From NCBI GenBank assembly GCA_035623825.1, contig DASPSR010000007.1, forward strand, positions 160,001 to 224,000: a DNA stretch of 64,000 bases, written 5' to 3'. How positions within the stretch are numbered: position 1 is the first letter of the stretch; the number at the start of each line of letters is the position of its first letter. A program made the translations under genes and the position numbers. This document shows positions 58,378-64,000 of the stretch, piece by piece. The stretch comes from Nitrospirota bacterium (lineage in GTDB: Bacteria > Nitrospirota > UBA9217). A model generated the notes under the pieces. It was not told the DNA's origin and did not search any database. It saw only the letters and a program-made list of their open reading frames with translations.

Positions 58378-60259
58378 ACGGTTGGAAAGCGTCAAGGATC
58401 TCGATGCCCTGCGGCAAAAGCTCCGGGAAGAACACAAGCAAAGCGATGCCCACCGCGTGCGCGTCTGCTGCGGAACAGCCTGTCAGGCAACAGGATCCAA
58501 AAAACTCATAGAGCAATTCGAAAAGGAAGCGGCCCAGAAGCAGGTGAAGCTCGAGATTGTGAAGACTGGGTGCCAAGGTTTTTGCCAGCGTGGCCCGGTC
58601 ATGATCCAGGAGCCGCAGGAAATCTTCTATCAGAAGGTAAAAGTGAGCGATATCCCCGCCTTGTTCTCCACCTCTGTACTTCATGGGATGCCCTACCGCA
58701 AGCAGCTCTACCGTGAGTTCTCGCTATCCGATCCGAACATCGAGATGCAGGACATCCCGTTCTACAAGAAGCAGAAGCGCGTTGCTCTTCACAGGAACGG
58801 ATTTGTCGATCCCTGCAATATCTACGATGCCATCCGCGAGGACGGTTATGCCGGTTTATCGAAGGCGCTGACTGAGATGAAGCCCGACGAGGTTATCGAA
58901 GTCATCAAGAAGTCAGGCCTCCGCGGCCGAGGCGGCGCAGGCTTCCCTGCCGGCCTCAAATGGGAGCATACAAAGAAATCGGGTTCTAAGGTCAAGGCCG
59001 TTGTGTGCAACGGAGACGAAGGCGACCCGGGCGCGTTCATGGACCGCTCGGTCATGGAGGGAGACCCCCACTCCGTGCTCGAGGGGATGCTCATCAATGC
59101 TTATGCCATAGGTGCGCAACACGGCTACATCTACGTGCGACATGAGTACCCCCTTGCCGTGAAGAACCTTGGCGTGGCCATAAACCAGGCGCGGGCCATG
59201 GGGCTACTCGGCAAGAACATCCTGGGTTCTGGACTCGACTTCGACATCGAAATCAAAGAAGGTGCCGGCGCATTCGTCTGCGGCGAATCCACAGCGCTCA
59301 TCGCCTCCATCGAGGGCGAACGCGGCATGCCGCGGCCCCGGCCGCCGAGGCTCTCGGAAGCTGCAGGCGGCCTCTGGAATATGCCAACGAATCTCAACAA
59401 TGTCGAGACCTTTGCCAACGTCCCGACGATCATCACGAAGGGGCTGGACTACTATACCAAGATCGGCACTGAGAAATCGAAAGGTACAAAGGTATTCGCC
59501 TTAACCGGCAAAATCAAAAACACAGGCCTCATCGAAGTGCCGATGGGGATTACGCTTCGAGAGATCATCTTCGACATCGGCGGCGGCATGCTGAATCCCG
59601 AGAAACAATTCAAAGCAGTTCAGACCGGAGGTCCCTCTGGCGGATGCATTCCTGCCCAGTTCCTCGACATGGCAGTTGACTTCGACTCGCTCACGGCCGT
59701 TGGCTCTATGATGGGATCGGGCGGCATGGTGGTCCTGGACGAAGAGGACTGTATGGTGGATGTGGCTAAGTTCTTCCTGTCCTTTACCAAGAGTGAGTCT
59801 TGCGGCAAGTGCCCACCGTGCCGTATCGGTACTTGGCAGATGTATGATCTCTTGGACAAGATAACCACCGGACGAGGCGAAAAGGGCGACATCGAGCGGC
59901 TCGAGAAGATGGGCAAGATGGTTGTTGCCGGTTCGCTCTGCGGTCTCGGGACCAGCGCTCCGAACCCCGTGCTCTCGACCATCCGTTACTTCCGCGAGGA
60001 ATACGAGGAGCATGTGAATGATAAGTACTGCCGCGCCAAGCGATGCCAGGGACTCGGCACCTTCCGCATCCTGCCAGAGCACTGCATCCTCTGCGGGCTG
60101 TGTAAACAGGCATGCGCCTTTGATTCCGTGGTGGAGCTGAGGGACCGGTTCTACATCGACCAGGACTACTGCACCAAATGTAAGGCCTGCTACTCTGTCT
60201 GCCCCACGCAGGCCGTTGTGATCGAAAAAGGAGGGGCTCATGTCGCAGCAAGAAAATAA
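58361..60259 (+). CDS. NuoF/HydB/BfuB-like FMN/NADH-binding subunit
   Basis: N-terminal 2Fe-2S (CCGTAC; GCQGFC), GLRGRGGAGFP, GDEGDPGAFMDR, GAGAFVCGE, GGPSGG, ESCGKCPPCRIG, EEH..YC..RC, two C-terminal CxxCxxCxxxC motifs. Confidence 0.94.
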   Translation: MELTYKRLESVKDLDALRQKLREEHKQSDAHRVRVCCGTACQATGSKKLIEQFEKEAAQKQVKLEIVKTGCQGFCQRGPVMIQEPQEIFYQKVKVSDIPALFSTSVLHGMPYRKQLYREFSLSDPNIEMQDIPFYKKQKRVALHRNGFVDPCNIYDAIREDGYAGLSKALTEMKPDEVIEVIKKSGLRGRGGAGFPAGLKWEHTKKSGSKVKAVVCNGDEGDPGAFMDRSVMEGDPHSVLEGMLINAYAIGAQHGYIYVRHEYPLAVKNLGVAINQARAMGLLGKNILGSGLDFDIEIKEGAGAFVCGESTALIASIEGERGMPRPRPPRLSEAAGGLWNMPTNLNNVETFANVPTIITKGLDYYTKIGTEKSKGTKVFALTGKIKNTGLIEVPMGITLREIIFDIGGGMLNPEKQFKAVQTGGPSGGCIPAQFLDMAVDFDSLTAVGSMMGSGGMVVLDEEDCMVDVAKFFLSFTKSESCGKCPPCRIGTWQMYDLLDKITTGRGEKGDIERLEKMGKMVVAGSLCGLGTSAPNPVLSTIRYFREEYEEHVNDKYCRAKRCQGLGTFRILPEHCILCGLCKQACAFDSVVELRDRFYIDQDYCTKCKACYSVCPTQAVVIEKGGAHVAARK

Positions 60260-60851
60260 ATGCCCGGTGACGGCCACAAAGCTCAAGCTGGAGTTCTTCT
60301 ATAACGACGATTCCAAGGACGGCATGTGTTCCAAGTGCCACCCCTGTAAACTGGGGATCTATGATGCCGTCAAGATCCTTGAAGCGATCCAGGAGGGGAA
60401 GGGACTCGATATCTATCCGGCCCTGCTCAAGCGGATTGCCGTGGAAGTGAAAGACGGCGGAATGTGCAAGAAAGGCAAAGACCATGCAGATATTCTTGCT
60501 GCCTTCCTCAGAGATTTCGAATCGGATCTGCAAAGGCATATCAAAGGCGTATGCACACATCATGTCTGTGCCCGACTGGTCCGGTACGAGATCATCCCCG
60601 AGAGATGCACTATGTGCGATAAGTGCCGCGTCGTCTGCATGGATTCCGCAATCGAGGGCCAAAAATTGGTCCCGGGAAAAACAGGTTTTACTCCGTACCG
60701 GATCAGGCAGAAACGCTGTACCCACTGCGGTGAGTGCATCAAGGTCTGTCCCGAAGGTGCGGTGGTCATCTCTGACGCGGCGCTTGCAGGCGAGGAGAAG
60801 CCGGTGCATCCCGTAAAACATACTGTCGGGACCTGCCCCTTGAAGTATTGA
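60240..60851 (+). CDS. FeS protein homologous to the C-terminal arm of NuoF/HydB
   Basis: CPV..., MCSKCHPCKLG...MCKKG, HIKGVC...VC, CTMCDKCRVVC, CTHCGECIKVCP. Overlaps the upstream gene; SD GGAGG. Confidence 0.85.
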   Translation: MSQQENKCPVTATKLKLEFFYNDDSKDGMCSKCHPCKLGIYDAVKILEAIQEGKGLDIYPALLKRIAVEVKDGGMCKKGKDHADILAAFLRDFESDLQRHIKGVCTHHVCARLVRYEIIPERCTMCDKCRVVCMDSAIEGQKLVPGKTGFTPYRIRQKRCTHCGECIKVCPEGAVVISDAALAGEEKPVHPVKHTVGTCPLKY

Positions 60852-60945
60852 TCGTGCATTACACACAGCGGCCGTTCCGAGCGAGCGGCTAGCTGCTGGG
60901 TGTGACCCACTATAACTGAGCGAAACTGATTTGCTGGAGGAAGCT

Positions 60946-63090
60946 ATGACGACCAAGATGGTGAATATGGAATTTGACGGAAAGACCGTATCGGTCCCGG
61001 AGGGAATGACGCTCGTGGACGCTGCGGCGACCGTGGGGATTCATATCCCGAACCTTTGCCATATCAAGGAGCTACGCGGCGTGGGCGCCTGCCGCATGTG
61101 CATGGTGGAGATCGAGGGCATGAAAGCACCGATCACGGCCTGCACAACCCGGACCAAGGAGGGCATGAAGGTCCAGACCAGCACCCCCAAAGTCGAGGAG
61201 ATTCGGAAGTTTGTGACCGACCTGGTCCTCTCGTTTCATCCCCTTGACTGCATGACCTGCCCCAAGGCAGGAGCCTGCGACCTTCAGAGGTACGCCGCCG
61301 ATTTGAAAATTCAGGAGTCGTCATTCGGCAGGAAGAGCTTTAACTACGAACTGAACGACCGAAGCCCGTTCATCACCATCGACAACAACTACTGCATCCT
61401 CTGCGGCAGGTGCGTGCGGGTCTGCAAGGAACAGAATACGAATGTGCTCGACTTCATGGGCCGCGGCATCACCACCAAAGTTACGACGGCGCTGGACAAG
61501 CCTCTCCACGAGTCCGGCTGCACCTTTTGCGGAAGCTGCGTCGATGCCTGTCCAGTGAACTCAATCATGGAGCGCGACCGCTGGCAGCACGGTAGGGAGT
61601 GGGACCTTGAGAAGTTGGACACAGTCTGCACTGCCTGTGGGTCGGGCTGCAGCGTGATCACAAGCAGCAGGGGCGGAAAGATCGTGAAGGTAAACGCGAA
61701 GGAAGACAACGGCTACATTTGTGTCATCGGACGTTTCGGTTTTGACTCCCTGAGGGCCGCGAACCGTATCACCACGCCAATGAAGAGGCAGGACGGCAAG
61801 CTCATACCCACGACCTGGGAAGATGCCGCTGCTATCGCGGGTGACGCCCTTCGGAAAGCAGGTGAGAACGCCGGGTTCATCGCGGCGGGCTCGCTGACGA
61901 ACGAAGAGGCATATGCAGTTCGGGCGCTTGCCCGTGAAGTAACCGGGAGCGACGCTATCAGCACGCCGGCATCGCTGTACGCGGGCGGTATGATATCGGC
62001 CCTTCGCACGGTCTACAGCGATGCGGGCATCAACATCGCGTCCCATGCAGACCTCAAGTCAGCTGACCTGGTAGTGCTGATCGGCGCCGATCCGTCCCAG
62101 AAGAAGCAGGCCCTCCAGGAAGTGGAGGTCATGATCCGCAGAAGGGCCCAGGCCGGGGCAAAAGTCATCGTCGTGAACCCGGAGAAGATCGAACTCGCCT
62201 CACATCAGAATGCCATTCACCTCCAGCTCACGGAAGGGACCGATACAGTCCTTCTCGCGGGGCTTATGAGCGCGGCGATCGCCGAGGGTGCGACCTCCTC
62301 GGCAAAAGGGCTGGATGCGCTCAAGAAATCCTTGGTGAGCGCGGAGAACGCCGCGTCAATATCCGGCGTTTCCGCCGAGGCGATCGCGATGGCAGGCAAG
62401 GCTTACGCCGCAGCAAAGCAGCCGGTCGTTGTAATCGGGACCGGGATTGCTGCAAATGAAGATGCCTCGATTCAGGCACTCAACCTAGCGCTTCTTAAGA
62501 GCGCAGGCGTTGTGCCCCTCATGCTGGAGGCGAATTCCCTGGGCGTAATGCAGATGGGGCCGGGCGCTGCGACGGGGAACAAAGCCGACAGGGGATACAG
62601 CGAAATGAAGTCAGGCATGAAGGCCCTTTACATTGCCGGGAACATGATGGAGCCTGATTTTAAGTCCGATTTCATCATTGTCCAGGCGAGCCATTTCACG
62701 CCGCTCGCGGAAAAAGCGGACCTGGTACTTCCCATGGCCGCACTCTACGAAAAAGAGGGGACGATTGTAAATACCTATGGCATGCTCAAGAATATTGCCC
62801 AGGCCCAACAGCCAGCGGGAGAGGCAAAGGACGGAGCGGAGATCGCCTCGAAGATATCAGCGGCGGTGAGCAAGGCCAAGGCCTTCACGCAGAAAGACGT
62901 CGCTGCTGCGGTCAGAAAGGTCAAGGCGAAGAAACTCGGCGCGGGATCCTTCAAGCCGGTGGCTGCCAAAGCCGCAAAGCCCTATGGCATTTCGGCGACT
63001 AGGCTGATCATGGCAATGAACCAGGGGATGCTGTCGGATTCCGGCGTGGCCAAGGTCATGGTTGTCAGGCAGCCGGTGCTCAAGGGATAG
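60946..63090 (+). CDS. NuoG/HydA/Fdh-alpha-like FeS subunit with a degenerate molybdopterin-oxidoreductase fold
   Basis: IPNLC..GACRMCMVE..ACTT, HPLDCMTC..ACDLQ, CILCGRCVRVC, CTFCGSCVDACP, CTACGSGC..ICVIGRFG, ADLVLP..YEKEGT. Confidence 0.88.
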   Translation: MTTKMVNMEFDGKTVSVPEGMTLVDAAATVGIHIPNLCHIKELRGVGACRMCMVEIEGMKAPITACTTRTKEGMKVQTSTPKVEEIRKFVTDLVLSFHPLDCMTCPKAGACDLQRYAADLKIQESSFGRKSFNYELNDRSPFITIDNNYCILCGRCVRVCKEQNTNVLDFMGRGITTKVTTALDKPLHESGCTFCGSCVDACPVNSIMERDRWQHGREWDLEKLDTVCTACGSGCSVITSSRGGKIVKVNAKEDNGYICVIGRFGFDSLRAANRITTPMKRQDGKLIPTTWEDAAAIAGDALRKAGENAGFIAAGSLTNEEAYAVRALAREVTGSDAISTPASLYAGGMISALRTVYSDAGINIASHADLKSADLVVLIGADPSQKKQALQEVEVMIRRRAQAGAKVIVVNPEKIELASHQNAIHLQLTEGTDTVLLAGLMSAAIAEGATSSAKGLDALKKSLVSAENAASISGVSAEAIAMAGKAYAAAKQPVVVIGTGIAANEDASIQALNLALLKSAGVVPLMLEANSLGVMQMGPGAATGNKADRGYSEMKSGMKALYIAGNMMEPDFKSDFIIVQASHFTPLAEKADLVLPMAALYEKEGTIVNTYGMLKNIAQAQQPAGEAKDGAEIASKISAAVSKAKAFTQKDVAAAVRKVKAKKLGAGSFKPVAAKAAKPYGISATRLIMAMNQGMLSDSGVAKVMVVRQPVLKG

Positions 63091-63186
63091 ACGTATACAG
63101 TAAAAAATGCATTTTAAGCATCATTATCAGGTACGGAAGCAAAAGAGGGACGCTGAGCCCATTTAGGAAAGGAGTAACAAACGGTT

Positions 63187-64000
63187 ATGAGAGAGGACCA
63201 GAAATCAGTTGACCCGGCCGCACAAGTGCTGTTGAAACATGCCGGAGAGATGAAAATAGAAACTTCCTTTGAACGAGCCGAAAAGCTTAAACCATGCCCC
63301 ATCGGGCACCAGGGCGCCTGCTGCAAGATGTGCCATATGGGTCCCTGCCGCCTCGTGGGCAAAGAGGATGAGGCCGAGGGTGTATGCGGTGCGACGCTGC
63401 CGGTGGTGACAGCAAGAAACTTCGCCCGGATGGTGGCTGCAGGAACGGCGGCGCATTCGGACCATGCGAGAGACCTGGCGAATACCTTGCTAGCAGTGGG
63501 AAGGGGCGAGGCGAAGGACTTCAAGGTGAAGGATGTGCGTAAGCTGAACCGTGTTGCCGGCTATCTCGGCATCAATGTCGAGGGGAAGTCGGTGAACAAG
63601 GTGGCCGAAGAGGTCGCGCTCAAGTTCCTGGAGCAGTTTGGCCAGCAGCACGGCACGCTTGCGTACCTCGGCCGGGCTCCAAAAAAGCGGCAGGAAATCT
63701 GGAAGAAGCTCGGGATCGCACCGCGGGCAATTGACCGCGAGTGTGTTGAGATGCTGCACCGCACGACCATGGGTGTCGATCAGGAAATGAACAATATCAT
63801 GCTTGGCGCCATGCGCGCGGCCCTGGCCGATGGGTGGGGCGGGTCCATGATGGGAACCGACATCTCAGATATCCTCTTCGGGACGCCAAAACCGGTCAGA
63901 ACCAATGCCAGTCTCGATGTGTTCATGGAGGATCACGTGAACCTCGTAGTACACGGCCACGAGCCGTCATTCGCCGAGATGCTGGTCATCGCGTCAGAGG
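63187..64000 (+). CDS. cooS: Anaerobic Ni-carbon-monoxide dehydrogenase catalytic subunit (partial, runs off the window)
   Basis: Translated by hand; absent from the ORF track. MREDQKSVDPAA..PCPIGHQGACCKMCHMGPCRL..GVCGA..ARNFARMVAAGTAAHSDHARD..HRTTMGVDQ..ADGWGGSM..SDILFGTP..VVHGHEP. SD AAGGAG. Confidence 0.95.
   Translation, partial: MREDQKSVDPAAQVLLKHAGEMKIETSFERAEKLKPCPIGHQGACCKMCHMGPCRLVGKEDEAEGVCGATLPVVTARNFARMVAAGTAAHSDHARDLANTLLAVGRGEAKDFKVKDVRKLNRVAGYLGINVEGKSVNKVAEEVALKFLEQFGQQHGTLAYLGRAPKKRQEIWKKLGIAPRAIDRECVEMLHRTTMGVDQEMNNIMLGAMRAALADGWGGSMMGTDISDILFGTPKPVRTNASLDVFMEDHVNLVVHGHEPSFAEMLVIASE

Noticed and set aside
60946-63090. Calling the operon complex I (nuoEFG), formate dehydrogenase or [FeFe]-hydrogenase
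   Set aside because: There are no membrane nuo genes, no Mo/W ligand or Sec, and no H-cluster motifs.
1-64000. CRISPR arrays, rRNA, prophage, intact transposases
   Set aside because: No regularly spaced 23-47 nt repeats, rRNA signatures, or phage/transposase ORFs were seen.

Overview
Chromosomal window from a moderately GC-rich, diderm, anaerobic bacterium. Gene content and intergenic style suggest Nitrospirota or a Deltaproteobacteria-like lineage; this is an inference, not a placement. Most of it is housekeeping: EndoQ-UvrD, pcnB, rsmE, rpiB-glyA-dCMP deaminase-nrdR-priA, TolC/EmrAB, mltA, a Lon-like protease, PBP1A-ileS-lspA-lgt-rluD, rlmN, dtd, tRNA-Leu(CAG), bamD, tsaD, DAHP synthase, glgC and two cold-shock genes. 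I see no CRISPR array, rRNA, prophage or intact transposase. The strongest candidate for a new system is at the right end. A HydABC/BfuABC-like flavin/FeS operon with electron-bifurcation signatures runs directly into a Ni-CODH gene (cooS, cut by the window edge). It has an extra fourth subunit that duplicates the C-terminal FeS arm of the flavin subunit, and a NuoG/Fdh-like subunit with no Mo/W active site. Other points of interest are: an EndoQ gene coupled to a UvrD helicase that lacks its 2B subdomain, both ending in beta-clamp-type motifs; an uncharacterised hydrolase/DUF3015/DUF4105 beta-barrel envelope trio; a palindromic element inserted in frame in rsmE; a non-autonomous IS200/IS605-like relic; several candidate structured 5' leaders; and apparently leaderless genes. 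All family calls come from recognising motifs by eye; no database searches were run.
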